The notes beneath the pieces are model-generated. The model was not told the DNA's origin. It worked only from the letters and a program-made list of their open reading frames with translations, and searched no databases. From Felis catus (lineage: Eukaryota): a stretch of DNA of 64,000 nucleotides. Location: assembly GCF_018350175.1 (NCBI RefSeq), contig NC_058368.1:80540001-80604000 (forward strand), given 5' to 3'. A program made the position numbers and the translations under genes. Positions 12,921-26,415 of this stretch are shown piece by piece. How positions within the stretch are numbered: position 1 is the first letter of the stretch; each line of letters opens with the position of its first letter.

Positions 12921-13559
12921 TATGAAATAAGAGGGTAATGAAAACGGGAAGGGGAGAGCATGGAGGTTAACAGCATGTAGGTAGAACTGACTCTGCCTTT
13001 TCTTCAGACCTTTGCACTGAGGGTGTGAACACGGGAGGCCGTTTACTGCGTGAGCGTCGACGAGTCGCAGATGCTTCCAGAGTGAGCAGAATCGTGGCAC
13101 TCACTCTTCTTTTCTGGACTTCAGGAGACAAATGCTGCTTCCACAAACCATCTTCCTGGGGGATTCTGGGTTCTCTCTGGCGCAGGAAGCACACCTGCCC
13201 AGGCCTCTGAGGGACACAAGGGCTGCTTGCCCCTACCTTTCTGGAGCTTGGAAGCCGGCGGATAAGCCCAACAGCACCCGTGACTCCCCAGGGGCCCGAG
13301 GCCGCTTTCCTGGGGTAAGTTGTGCTTCTCAGATGCACCTCGAGGCCACAGCCAAGTTCACAGGGTTCCCAGCGCAGAGGTGAGGGGCAGACTGTGGCCA
13401 TGGGACAGAGCTGCTGGCTCCACAGAGACCCCATCTATTAGGAGCAGGTCCCACCTGATGAGCTGACTGGACACAGAGCTTGCTTTTTGGAACCAAAACA
13501 CAAGTTTTTCCTATTTTCAAAATGTTAGTTGTAATGAAGAAGTGTTTATCTATCGTAGG

Positions 13560-14500
13560 AAAACATAAAACATAAAACTTAGCACTGTAGCTACTCATGA
13601 GTGTGCGGCCAGTGGCATCCAGCACGTTCCTAGCGCTGTGCAGACACCCCCACCGTCCATCTCCAGAACATTCTCATCTTCCCAGTGGGAGCTCTGGTCC
13701 GCCTAGTCACCAGCTCCCCACCCCTCCCCCAGCCCTGGTGACCTCCATTTTGCTTCCTATTTCTATGGATTTGGTGACTCCCATGAGCTCATACGACTGG
13801 AATCACACGGTATTGGTCCTTTTGTGTCTAGCTTATTTCAACCAACATAATGTCTTGGTGCATTCATGTTGAGCATGTGTTAGAATCTCCTCCCTTTTTT
13901 TTCTTCTTAAAGTTTATTTATTTATTTTGGGGGGGGGGCAGGGGCAGAGAGAGGGAGAGAGAGAATTCCAACAGGCTCCGAGCTGTCAGCGCAGAGCCCA
14001 ATGTGGGGCTCAAACTCACAAACCGTGAGCTGAGCTGTAACCAAGAGTTGGATGCTTAACCGACGGAGACACCCAGGTGTCCCTGTTTTTTTTTCTTTTT
14101 AATGTTTATTTATCTTCAGAGAGAGACAGAGAGACAAAGAATCTCAAGCAGGCTCTGTGCCGTCAGCACAGAGCCCAACATGAGGCTCAAACCCATGAAC
14201 TGTGAGGTCATGACCTGAGCCAAAATTAAGAGTCGGACCCTTAACTGACTGGGCCACCCAGGTGCCCCAGGTTCCTTCCTTTTTAAGGCTGAATAATATT
14301 CTGTTGTATGTATTCTGTTGTATGTAATATTTGTTTATCCATCATCGGTTGATGGACACTTTCATTCAGCCGTTATGAATAATGTTGCTATGAACACGTG
14401 TGTACCAATGTCTGTTTGAGTTCCTGCTCTAAGTTCTCTGGGGTACAAGTTCAGTCACAGACTTGCTGGGTCAGGCCGTCATCCTGTGTTTCATTCTTCA
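13560..14500 (-). mobile_element. Old L1 3' region with two tandem minus-strand CAN-SINEs (about 13895-14082 and 14087-14268)
   Basis: L1M-like CATCTCCAGAAC..TTCATCTTCCC...TTTTAAGGCTGAATAATATTC...GATGGACAC flanks two SINE bodies. Confidence 0.8.
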
Positions 14501-15061
14501 GGGCACCTCCATGCTGCCTCCCATGGACAGCTGCACTGTTTTCCCTTCCTGTGCTGAGAATTCTAATTTTTTCTTCGTCAGAAGGTTTTTAACTATAAAT
14601 GCAATTTAATAGATATAAGCCTATTTGGCTGATCTCTTCTCAAATGGGCTTTGTTAGTTTCAGTCTTTCACGTACTTTGTCTGTAATATAAGTTCTTTCT
14701 GGCACGTACCTCCTCCATTGCTGGCTCTGGCTGTGAACAAGGTCTCACAGCACGTACATAGATAAAACTTTAAAAGGGATGAACTCTGTGCTTGCAGTGG
14801 TCACAGGGGGTCACCTTGGGCTCAATGACATGCTTCCACTCGTGTGAGTGCCTGGGCCGCACCCACGACACAGGCAGGGGACACAACCTGCCATGGGGCA
14901 GAGGCTGGCACTTTGTTTGTGGGAACCCAGTCCATGCAGAGGTTTGGGGACCGTGGCCTGGCATCCCCAGGGACAGGTCAAGTATGAAGAAACCAGACTC
15001 ACACAGGTAGGGATGTGGAGCAGCCCCTGATGGGAGACCCAGGTTCTAAATAAATGCTGCT

Positions 15062-15492
15062 GGGGCACCTGGGTGGCTCAGTCGGCTAAGCATCCAACTT
15101 CGGCTCAGCTCATGATCTCGGGGTTCACGAGTTCGAGCCCCACGTCAGGCTCTGTGCTGATGGCTCAGAGCCTGGAGCCTGCTTCAGATTGTGTCTCCCT
15201 CTCTCTCTGCCCCTCCCCCGTTCATGCTCTGTCTCTCTGTCTCTCTCTCTCAAGAGTAAATAAATGTTTTCTTTTTTACTTTTTTTTTCAACGTTTATTT
15301 ATTTTTGGGACAGAGAGAGACAGAGCATGAACGGGGGAGGGGCAGAGAGAGAGGGAGACACAGAATCGGAAACAGGCTCCAGGCTCTGAGCCATCAGCCC
15401 AGAGCCTGACGCAGGGCTCGAACTCACGGACCGCGAGATCGTGACCTGGCTGAAGTCGGACGCTTAAAGAAACAAATAAATGTTTAAAAAAA
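15062..15492. mobile_element. Nested CAN-SINE pair: plus-strand SINE whose tail is split by a younger 5'-truncated minus-strand SINE
   Basis: TSD AAATAAATGTTT at 15258-15269 and 15474-15485. Confidence 0.9.
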
Positions 15493-15867
15493 TTTCAAAT
15501 AGGCACCGCGATTTCTTGTGACACCTGCTAGCAGTAGTTTCCAGGCTGTTCTGGCTTCCTTCTGCACACCTTGCTGGTGAGGACAAGGCCCCCTGCCCGA
15601 GATGGTGGGCACATCAGTAGCTCATAGTCCCGGGTGTTTGCAGCACACACACTGAATGTTCTGGACGCTGAGAGCTTCATGACCACACTGAAAAAACAGG
15701 TCCACGTTTCTATTTATATATGTGTTTTGTCTGCAGAGGAGTGTCCTCAAATGATTAATAAGTCCGTCTAATATAAAAGTAACACTACGTTTAGGTAAAT
15801 TCTGTGGAGATACTATATGAAAAATACAATTTGAAGGGGAAGAAGTAAAATGTAAAATGATAGGCTT

Positions 15868-16068
15868 TTTAAAAAAACGTTTATTCATTTTTGAGAGACA
15901 GAGTGTGAGCAGGGGAGGGGCAGAGAGAGGGAGACACAGAACCTGAAGCAGGCTCCAGGCTCTGAGCTGTCAGCACAGAGCCCGATGCGGGGCTCAAGCC
16001 CACGAACCGTGAAATTGTGACCTGAGCCGAAGCCAGATGCTTAACCGACTGAGCCCCCCAGGTGCCCC
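15868..16068 (-). mobile_element. CAN-SINE with TSD TAAAATGA(T/C)AGGCTTTTAAA
   Basis: SINE body in reverse; duplicated flank at about 15853 and 16069. Confidence 0.9.
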
Positions 16069-19000
16069 TAAAATGACAGGCTTTTAAAGAAGAGCTTGTC
16101 AGTGCATTTTTGAAGGGATAACAGTGGGGTGAAATTGTTACGGGGTATGGATCCCACCGGAGACCGTTAAGGGGTGATGTGGGTTTGTTTCTAGGTCAGT
16201 GTATTTAGTACCCTGAAAATTACATCCTTTGCAACCATTTTAACGTACAAACAAAACTTGTAGATGTCAAATTAAAAATATGCAAGGCTAGAATAGCTTT
16301 TCATGACTAAAAATACTTGAAAGTCACTGCCGTAACCGCAAGCGTGTAACCGGCAGGGTGGTGCATTTTGGGGGTCAAGCAGGGCAGGCATCAAATACTT
16401 CAGACACCTGGCTGAATGCCTCTATCGTAATAGTTTTGTATTGGTAATATTAATAGTTTGCTTTGGTCATGGTGACTGTTGGCCGGAAGACAGAATGTTA
16501 AATATTATTAAGATGTACGATACACAGTCCCATGAATAATAATTTTAATGCACCAATAAGAATGAATTTAAAGTCTTCTTCTCGGTTTTGGAAAGCTGGG
16601 TTGCTGATAAAGTCCTTACGTAAAAATGGGTGTGAAATGCCTTAACTCGGCTAAGTCCTCATTGCAGAAAGGGTCCACAGAGCTTGAGTTTCTTCTACCA
16701 AAAAACCCTCGAGCTGAGGAGCAGGTCGCGCCTTTACACATCTGATCGGTCCGTTCAGAGCTGCGGTAATAATGACGCGCACAATAAACTAGGAAGCCGG
16801 AGGGACTGAAACTCAGTTCTGCTGCATTGCGACCTGCGAGTCCCACGCCTGCCTCTGAGACCTCATCTCCACTCGCCACCTGCCCTCCCAAAGCGCCAGC
16901 CCCGAGGTGGCAGGTGACGGGAACTTGGCTCTCTTCACTGTCCCAGCCACAGGTGCGCGTGTGGTCTGGCCTGTGGTCGACCCACAAAACCCGTGTCGAC
17001 ATTGAACTGATGGGGAGGAGACACAGGAGGAGGGAGGCCCTTCGCAGACCCCGGCGGAGCGGGGAGCTTTCACCACCGGAAGGTCGTGACTTTCCTGTAG
17101 AAATGCTGTCTGCCGTCTGGACCCAGACTTTGTGGGACAGCAGGCCGTGGGGAGGCCGAGGTGGGCTGAAGTGAAACAAGCCTGCCGTCGGTCTGGACTC
17201 AGGCACCAGCCCATCAACGACGGCAGAGAAAGGCGGCAGGTGAGGGGACTGGGTGTCCGAGTCTCCCAGCCAGCACCCGTGCCCCCCAGGGGTTCTGCAA
17301 GGGAAGCCCGGCCTCGACCTCGGGGTGGCCCACCCGCTCTGACAGCCCGGAGCCCCTACCACCAAGGCTCCCGAGGGCTGAGTCTGTTCACCTGGCCTCT
17401 CTCCCCTCCCCATCTCCGGGGTCCAGGCTGCTTCCCGCCCCTGGGCCCCGTGTTCTGGCTTCACGCTGACTGCCCCACGTGCCAGAACGTTCTTGTCACA
17501 GAAAGGTGCCTCCAGTTTATTAATAAGCCGGCCTCGGCAGGCTGAACACAGAAAGCATCTTTATTCCCTCTGTCCACAGGCCGCTTTGAACACCCCTGTC
17601 CACACTCTCTTTGCGGGCGTCCCAGAAGAGTGGTGGAGGAGATCTAGGGCAGAAGGGGAGGCTTTTCTGGTCGTTTTCAGGTTTTAACAGAGAAGCACGT
17701 TTTGGGGCATAAAAAGGTCCTAGTGCATTCTCGTTTGAAACCTTCATTTCTCGGTCGGTTTTACACTCCTCTGGTGCCCAGCCCAGTCCCAACCGTGACC
17801 TAGGACGCGACGAGGCTGGTGGGCATCCTGCTGGCTCCCACCTGGACCCTCTCCTGGCCCCGAGGTCATGTGCTGGCCCAGCTCCTCCAGCATGGAGAGT
17901 GGGGAGGTGACCGGCGGGGACGGCAGGGTCAGGGTCACGGCCTGTGCTTGTGTGTCCCTTCTGAATCAGCCCCACGGGCCTCCCGGCTGCGGCTCGCTGG
18001 TGTGCACAGAGCCTCCTGCAGCCATAATGGGCCCTGAGCATCAGGGGACCTCCACGCACCCTGCTTTAGGTGTCACATCCCCTCTCCAGGAGCCTGCTCC
18101 TGAGGGGCCCTTGCCGGGGTGTCTGGATTCAGGGTCCTTGTCCAGCTGTGGGGAACTGTGAACGCTCCCTGTCCTCCACACTCAGGGTGCCAGCCATCCC
18201 CGAGGCCGCTGCAGGCTGCCAGGAACCTGTCTCTGTGCCCCACCAGCCCGGGGAGCCACATGATGCTCTGAGGGGGTCCCCCGAGCTCCCCTCTTGCTTG
18301 GGTGGGGTGAAGCACATGCTTCCCGCTCTGTGGTGGGACCCCTTCCAAATGAGCCCCCCCTCTATCCCCAGCAGATTCCCTACCTTCTCTCGTTTGGCCT
18401 GGAGCTGGGTGATGGGGACGAGCTGGCAGAACCTTAGCTTGGGGGCATCCCAGCACCCTCTTTTACAGCGTGGGCTCCCTCAATCTCTCTCTTCATTAGC
18501 ATAACTGGAGGCAGGCAGAGTGTCTGTAGCCGCGGGGGCACCCGGGGTTCCGCTTTTGTGACTGTTCCCTGAGGGCAGGGCCGCGCGCCCCCAGCCGGTG
18601 GCATCAATACAATTGCTTGGAGGTGTTGGGATTTGACTTGGTTCACACAAACACTGTGTCAGACTCCATCCTCCACCTGTGTCTTCTATCAGCACCCGAA
18701 CCCCGGGTGTTTAGGGGCACCGACAGCCGGAGACGCAAGCACACCCAAAACTTTCCCACTTACGTCCACTTCCAGAAGGGGGTGTTGCAAAGGTAGTTTT
18801 CCTTAACTCGGGGCCGGGTGACAGCCTCCTCTGCCTCTCTGCATGGCCCCCAGAGGCCAGACTGCCCACCGGGACCCCCAAAAAATGCCTGAGTGTCGTG
18901 CCCTCCCAGGTAAGAAGAGTAGGGGCTGGCTGATGCCTGCTCCTCCCCCAGGCCCTCCTTGGGGATAACAGCCAATCGCTGCTCCGTCAGTCCTCCCGTC

Positions 19001-19089
19001 ACGATGGAAACACCCGGCCCGGTGGTGCCGCTAACCTGTGGCAGGACTAACGCGTCGGGCACAGGACGGGCAGATGCTGTGCGTGCAGG

Positions 19090-19600
19090 GCATTTTAGAC
19101 TTTATACCACATTCTTGAGAACGGTTTGAGTCGGTTACTCTCTGCTTCCTCGGTGTCGCTGACGGGCCAGTACTTGTTATCCTTTGTGGCATCTCCTGGC
19201 TGTGCACCTGCTGTCCTCGATGAGGGCCCTCTCCTTTGACCAGCGCCGAGGCCTCTTTCTGCCTTCCCCGACTTTGGGCTCTGCCCTTGGCCTGTTTAGT
19301 CCAGTTTTAACAAGAATCCTGTGAGGTCAGTTTAGGGAGCGTCCCTACCTTGATGTCGGATGGAATCCCTCCTCCCTGGCCAACATGCCCTGTTGGTTGC
19401 TCCGGCCCCTGTGCCCCCGATGTGTCCTCCCAGGGACTGTGCACCCACTGGCCACACCTGCTCCTTGGTACGGATCTCCATCCATCCTTGCCGCGTTTGG
19501 AGTTGGGCCTGACCTCTGTCCCGCTCTGCAGCCCCTCTGGTAACCTCCCCCAAACACTACCTTCCTTCTGTCTTTAACAAGTGCGTGGATAGCTTCTCTG
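19090..19600. mobile_element. ERV1-type (MER34-like) LTR remnant
   Basis: CAGTTTTAACAAGAATCCTGTGAGGTCAGTTTAG...CCCTACCTTGATGTC resembles recalled MER34-family LTRs. Confidence 0.5.
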
Positions 19601-20671
19601 TTTAACCCCCTTTCTGTTCTATTGTTTCTGCCTTTTGTTTAATGACTTTTGCAGCCGGTTGATTATCCCACCCCCCATTCTCACCCCCTAATGTGAACTG
19701 GATTTTCCTCCGCTCTGGGCACCTGTGCCTTCTCTCACCCGGCTCCACCCGACAACGACCAGCTGTGCGGCTCTATGGGGTCCTGTGTCAGCCGCACTGG
19801 TTGTTTGAACAGATGGGCCATTGTTGAAGCTGAGGTATTGGGGGGCCACCAAGGCAAAGGGGTGCTGAGGTTTTGGGTCTGTCCTGTACAAAGGTCTGCT
19901 GCCAGGCCTGGGAAAAGCAAGGGAGAGGCTGGGCTCTCAGGATGGAAAGTGGGGGATGGCCTCGATGAATGGGGCCCAGACTGCCACAGGGAGGGGACAC
20001 CAGGCTGCTGGCAGCTCAGGGGCTCCAAGGACGCTGCTCTGAACCTGGGGCTCGGCCCTCTGGAGGGGTCTGCCCAGGGTGTGCTGGAGCCTGCTGGCGG
20101 CCACAGAGGGCTTGCTTCAGCGGTGTGGGGACAGGCTGAGGACGGAGTGAGCAGCCAGGTGGAGGGGTGACGGGGACGGCGAGCCTCCCCTCCTGCCTCC
20201 GGGCCCCCCGTGTGTGCAGGCAGCCAGGTGCAGCAGGTGAGAATTGAGATGTGTGGGGCTTGGGTCCCAGCGCACCGAGCAGGGGGGGATCACGGTGGTA
20301 GAATTTGTGCAGCTCAGGCCTGCAGGTCAGGGTGGTCAGCGTCCCTCTGCGGGAAACACCTGCATTATCATCTCACCTTGGAAAGCTATAGCTTAGGGAA
20401 CAAAGTCCCTCTCCATTCGGCCCTGCCCTCATGGCTCCTTCCGCCCTTCTGCTGGTGTCCGGGGATGGTTGTATGCAAATTCTGGCTCTATTTTACCTCT
20501 ACTAGCTTCACACTCTTCACGTGTGCCAGCTCACGGAGTTCATGATGTTGATGCTCTAACTTACCAAGCTCTTTCCCAAAGATATGAAAATGTCCCCGTT
20601 TCCCATAAGAATAAATAATGTTGCTATGGAAACACATATGCATATTATTTTTCTTCATTTGATGTACTACT

Positions 20672-20858
20672 CTTTTTTTAATGTTTATTTATTTTTTGGG
20701 GAGGGGGCGGAGGGGCAGAGAGAGAGGGAGAAAAAGAATCCCAAGCAGGTTCTGAGATGTCAGCACAGAGCCCGACGAGGGGCTTGAACTCACAAACTGC
20801 GAGATCGTGACCTGAGCTGAAGTCAGCTGCTCAACTGCCTGAGCCACCTGGGAGCCCC
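20672..20858 (-). mobile_element. CAN-SINE
   Basis: SINE in reverse; TGATGTACT duplicated on both sides. Confidence 0.88.
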
Positions 20859-22183
20859 TGATGTACTTCTTTATCCGCACACTTTGCTTCTAGATCACCT
20901 TCAGCCCTACACTGCACACGCTTGGTCTCCCACATGCACGTTTCACAGGCCATCCCCACCCAGCCTGCTCTCTGCCTTCCTAGGCTTTCTGCCTTCCTTG
21001 TTAACCCTTATGACCGACTGCTTTCTACTGGGTTCGTTATTCCAGCCCTCATTTCTTTAACTTTTCTTGGAACCCACATTTTACTTGGTCACCTTCATCT
21101 CTGCTCGGTTTCCCCTCCACTAGTAACTGTTCTGTGGGGAGAGAGGCTTTACACGCCTGACAAATGGGCTCACAGTCCAGGCAGAATAATAATGAAATGT
21201 AGTCCTTGGACAAGATCACAAGGCCTTGTTCCCAAGGGACATCTCCATTTCCAGTAATTTGTGGCTTCCAAAGATTAGGTTCCATAATTCATTTGATGTG
21301 CTGGTTTCCGGAGTAAATCAAAAGAACAGAAAACGAGGCCGTTAAAAATGTTTCCCTTTGGAAGTAGACTTTATATCCAAATGGATAAAGCTGTTTATAA
21401 AACAAAAAATATCATGGACGATTGATTCTACTGCCCCCATATGAGATATGGCAGGGTATAATTACATCAACAAATATTTATTTGTTGATATCTGCCTCTG
21501 TTGTTTTTAAAAAGGTACTTCCCCAACAGAATTTTTTTTTTTTAAGTTTTGAAGGGAATATAGGTAAAAAAAAAAATACAGTGGGTATTTTTAAAGAAGA
21601 AGAAAAGTGCCTCCCACTTTTAAAGCCAACGTTTATTTCAGGCTTTACTGCAGATCAACAGAGTTCTATTGCTATCTGTTATTTTATATAACGTGCAGGC
21701 AAGGGCACTGAGAATAACACTCGGCGGTATCCCCCAAGGTAAACACACATGCAGGAGAACACACATTTGTAAGAAATTTTGTTCCTGGAAGCCTTGTCTC
21801 ATGCCTTGTTATGACTTACACAAACCAAACTCACTGAAAGAGTTTACTCTTCCAATGCCTATTGCTTTTTAGAAGCAGCTTTATGTGACCCTAGAACATG
21901 TTAGGTTTGTGTATCTCCTGCTCACGCTTGCTCCTGAGCTGGCAGGGTCTAACTCCAACGCCTGCCTATGGATACACTCTGGGGAGTCTAGGAGCCTCTA
22001 GAAATCAGTGCCTCTGAGGAGGATTTTCTTAACTTCCAGCAGATTCTCAAAGGGTTTCTTAGTCCAACACTGGAAAGAACAGTGTGAAAAGCCTGCCTCA
22101 GAACTTCCTATTCATGCCCTTGCCGGAAATAAAAAAAGGCGTGGGAGTCTTTCCCAGGCAGCCCTGCTGTGGTTGTGGTAGCA

Positions 22184-23155
22184 GCCAGGTGGGGCCAGAT
22201 GGGGCCAGGTGGGGTCAGGTAAGGCCAGATGGGGCCAGGTGGGGTCAGGTAAGGCCAGATGGGGCCAGGTGGGGTCAGGTAAGGCCAGATGGGGCCAGGT
22301 GGGGTCAGGTAAGGCCAGATGGGGCCAGGTGGGGTCAGGTAAGGCCAGATGGGGCCAGGTGGGGCCAGGTAAGGCCAGGTGGGGTCAGGTAAGGCCAGAT
22401 GGGGCCAGGTGGGGTCAGGTAAGGCCAGGTGGGGCCAGGTGGGGTCAGGTAAGGCCAGATGGGGCCAGGTGGGGTCAGGTAAGGCCAGATGGGGCCAGGT
22501 GGGGTCAGGTAAGGCCAGATGGGGCCAGGTGGGGTCAGGTAAGGCCAGATGGGGCCAGGTGGGGCCAGGTAAGGCCAGATGGGGCCAGGTAAGGCCAGAT
22601 GGGGCCAGGTGGGGCCATGTAAGGCCAGATGGGGCCAGATGGGGTCAGGTAAGGCCAGATGGGGCCAGGTGAGGCCAGGTAAGGCCAGATGGGGCCAGGT
22701 GGGGCCAGATAAGGCCAGATGGGGCCAGGTGAGGCCAGGTAAGGCCAGATGGGGCCAGGTGGGGCCAGGTAAGGCCAGATGGGGCCAGGTGGGGCCAGGT
22801 AAGGCCAGGTGGGGCCAGGTGGGGTCAGGTAAGGCCAGATGGGGCCAGGTGAGGCCAGGTAAGGCCAGATGGGGCCAGGTGGGGCCATGTAAGGCCAGAT
22901 GGGGCCAGGTGGGTCAGGTAAGGCCAGATGGGGCCAGATGGGGCCAGGTGGGGTCAGGTGGGGTCAGGTAAGGCCAGATGGGGCCAGGTGGGGTCAGGTA
23001 AGGCGAGATGGGGCCAGGTGGGGCCAGGTAAGGCCAGATGGGGCCAGGTGGGGTCAGGTAAGGCCAGATGGGGCCAGGTGGGTCAGGTAAGGCCAGATGG
23101 GGCCAGGTGGGTCAGGTAAGGCCAGATGGGGCCAGGTGGGGCCAGGTGGGGCCAG
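22184..23155. repeat. G-rich 10-mer minisatellite (GGGGCCAGGT / GGGGTCAGGT / AAGGCCAGAT) with 30-bp higher-order unit
   Basis: About 970 bp of near-perfect decamers in mostly triplet order; a few 1-nt deletions near the 3' end. Confidence 0.97.
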
Positions 23156-23997
23156 TCACTATAACCTAGCTGCATGTAAGTCTGCTTTGCTCCCAGTTCA
23201 GAGGTGTGTTTCCATAGGCCAGCGGCAGAGTTTTACTTGGTGCAGGAGTGACTGGGTGAGGAGCTGGTGGGATAGGGACTGCAGGAGAAAACAGGGCTGT
23301 GGGAGCTGGGGCTGGGGTGAGCAGGGGAGGCGGGGGAACTGGGAATTTGTGAGCAGAGTGGGGGCAGAGGAGAGGACAGAGTGGGCAGCAGAAAGCCATT
23401 GGAGGATAGGGCAGGAGTTCTGCTGCAATAAACTGACCGAACGGGAATCAGGCAGAGCACGCATGTTCTGGAAAGCAACGACTGCAGAATGAAGGTCTGA
23501 ATGGCTGTGACGTGAGCAGGAAGCCTGCCAGGTCCGGGTTTTCACGGGTGCCCATGCACCTCCCTGTCAGGGCGTAAAACAGTGGGACAGCCGTTTTAAC
23601 CTCCACCAAACCCCTCACTGTGAAGGGGAGCAGTTTTCGTCTCAAAATACACTTTCTTCCCTAAAATTATAAACACACTTAGGATTTAGGTGCAACACAA
23701 GAGAAGGCTTTCTGCAGCTAAAAGAAAACTGTACTTGCTGATCTGGACTAGAATACACCCTGGAAGCCCTACCTCAAAGCACAGAGTAAGAATATAGAGA
23801 TATCACGAGGGGAACAAAGCAACGTAAAGAAGAATTCACAGGAAAATAACACAGGTTCCAGGATGTTAAGAAAAGAAGAGACGGAGAAGTATTAAATCCA
23901 AGACGCCGAAGACTTCCCTCAACTGAAGAGAGACAGGAGCCGGGAGTTTGGAGAGGTTCATCAAGTCCCAGGCAAGGATGATGACAAAGCTGAGCAC

Positions 23998-24465
23998 AGA
24001 CACACACACGCATATGTGTGCATACACCATCACACACATGCACGCACAAGCACATAGGCACACAGTCACACATGCGTACATGTGTGTTACACACACGTGC
24101 ACGCACACACAGTCACAGGTGCACATGCACATGCACGCACATAAGGGTCATATGCACACGTGTGCACACAGTCACACACGTGCACACATGGACAAGTCAC
24201 ACGTGTGCATACATACACACTCACAGATGTGCACATGTGTGCACACACATACAGATCACACACGCGCGTGCACACATGCACACAGGCAGACTTGCACACA
24301 TTCGTGCACACACACCAGCACACATAAGCCACACACTGACACATGTGCATGCAATGCACACACAAGGGCACATGCTCACACACATGTGCACAATGCACAT
24401 ATGAGCACATGCATGTGTACACACACAGTCACACAGTCACATATACGTGCACACACAAACACATC
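23998..24465. repeat. Degenerate (CA/TG)-rich tract
   Basis: Imperfect CACACATGCAC/CACGTG repeats. Confidence 0.85.
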
Positions 24466-24552
24466 ATGATCATACCCTGATGAAAGTGCTGATCTCTAAC
24501 AATAAGGAAAAAATTCTACAAGTCTCTCGACTAAAAGAACAAGTTATCTGCA

Positions 24553-25356
24553 CATCCACATGGCAAATAGACACATGAAAAAATGTTAACATCACTCATC
24601 ATCAGGGAAATGCACATCAAAACCACAATGAGATACCACCTCACACCTGTCAGAGTGGCTCACATTAACAACTCAGGCAACAACAGATGCTGGCGCGGGT
24701 GCGGAGAAACGGGAACCCTCTTGCACTGTTGGTGGGAATGCTAACTGGTGCAGCCACTCTGGGAAACTGTGTGGAGGTTCCTAAAAAAATTAAAAATAGA
24801 TCTACCCTATGACCCAGCAATTGTGCCAGTAGGTATTTATCCAAATGATACAAAAATGCTGATTTGAAGGGACACATGCACCCCCATGTTTATGGCAGCA
24901 CTATCAACAATAGCCAAAGTATGGAAAGAGCCCAAATGTCCATCAATGGATGAATGGATAAAGAAGATGTGGTCTATATATACAACGGAGTATTACTCGG
25001 CCATCAAAAAGAATGAAATCTTGCCATTTGCAACTACATGGATGGAACTAGAGGGTATTAAGCTAAGTGAAATTAGTCAAAGAAAGACAAATATATGACT
25101 TCACTTATGAGGAATTTAAGATATAAAACAGATGAACATAAAGGAAGGGAAGCAAAAAGGATTAAAAAACAGGGAGGGGGACAAAACATAAGAGACTCTT
25201 AAATAAGGAGAGCAAACAGGGTTATAGGAGGGGTTGTGGGAGGGGGGAATGGGCTAAATGGGGGAGGGGCGCTAAGGAATCTACTCCTGAAATCATTGTT
25301 GCGCTATATGCTAACTAACCTGGTTGTAAATTAAACAATAAATAAATTAAAAAAAA
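24553..25356 (+). mobile_element. 5'-truncated carnivore LINE-1 (ORF2 C-terminus, 3'UTR, polyA) with 15-bp TSD
   Basis: MFMAALSTIAKVWKEPKCPSMDEWIKKMW...ILPFATTWMELEGI is the L1 ORF2 C-terminus. AATAAA and A-tail present. TSD AACAAGTTATCTGCA at 24538-24552 and 25357-25371. Confidence 0.93.
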
Positions 25357-26183
25357 AACAAGTTATCTGCAAAGAATAAAAGCACCACATTATTGTGGGA
25401 CTCCCCATCTGTATACCTGCAGCTGGTGGACAATGGGGGACACTCCCACCTGGTGGGAAGGGGAGTTGCAGTCTGCTAATTCTCTGCCCCGCCAGCACAC
25501 TGTTCACTGGTGGGGGTGATGACAGTGTTTTTACAAGCATGGGAGAAAGAAAATAGTTTACCCCCCCCCCCCACCACTACGCGCTGCATCACAGGTAAAT
25601 ATCTTCTTTCCCGGGGAAATGGTGGGGAGCAAGGTGTATAGACAACCACACACACATGTACACGCAGTAGAAGTGCCACATAAAAACTCCCGGGGAAGAA
25701 GGTACATTCTGCAAATAAGATACTAATAATGGTTGAAAACTAAAATACCTAACTAATTGCAAAGTGTAGGAGTTTGGGGTAAGAAAGGGGTGGGAGCAAG
25801 GCCCACTGATGAGGATCTGGAGATGTGGGCCTGTGGGCCGGTGAGGAGAGGCCAGCACCTTCCGGAAGCTTCACTCAGCCCCAGCCAGCAGCAGGTGGTG
25901 GTACACGCTGGTGGGGAGTTGTCATGGTATATCTCACCTTTCAGCGTAGGATTTGTGTCCCGCTATAAGCTAAGGAAGGAAAGACGACCATTTATTAAAT
26001 GGAAGACTACGATTCAGTGTTTAAATGTTAAAAAGGGACCAAAAATGGAACGCAGAGTGATTTGAACATTTTTTTTTCAAGACCAATCAATTTGAAAACC
26101 AGAAAAGGAAAATAGAAAACATCAATGTAAAACAAAAATTTATTTGAAGTAAAAGGAGTACTTTTTAAGTGAAAGGGTTTCTT

Positions 26184-26415
26184 TTTTTTTTTTTTTTAAA
26201 TTTTTTTTTTAACGTTTTATTTATTTTTTTGAGACAGAGAGAGACACAGCATGAATGCGGGAGGGTCAGAGAGAGAGGGAGACACAGAATTGGAAGCAGA
26301 CTCCAGGCTCTGAGCCATCAACCCAGAGCCCGACGCGGGGCTCGAACTCACGGACTGCGAGATCGTGACCTGGCTGAAGTCGGACGCTTAACCGACTGCG
26401 CCACCCAGGCGCCCC
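26184..26415 (-). mobile_element. Young feline CAN-SINE with perfect 14-bp TSD
   Basis: TSD TGAAAGGGTTTCTT at 26170-26183 and 26416-26429; long T tail; CpGs retained. Confidence 0.95.

Noticed and set aside
16616..17464. 282-aa minus ORF
   Set aside because: GC-rich region, no recognisable domain, no supporting exon structure.
22084..23119. Repetitive ORFs (GARWGQVRPD / PPGPIWPYLA)
   Set aside because: Direct translation of the decamer minisatellite, with frame-breaking indels.
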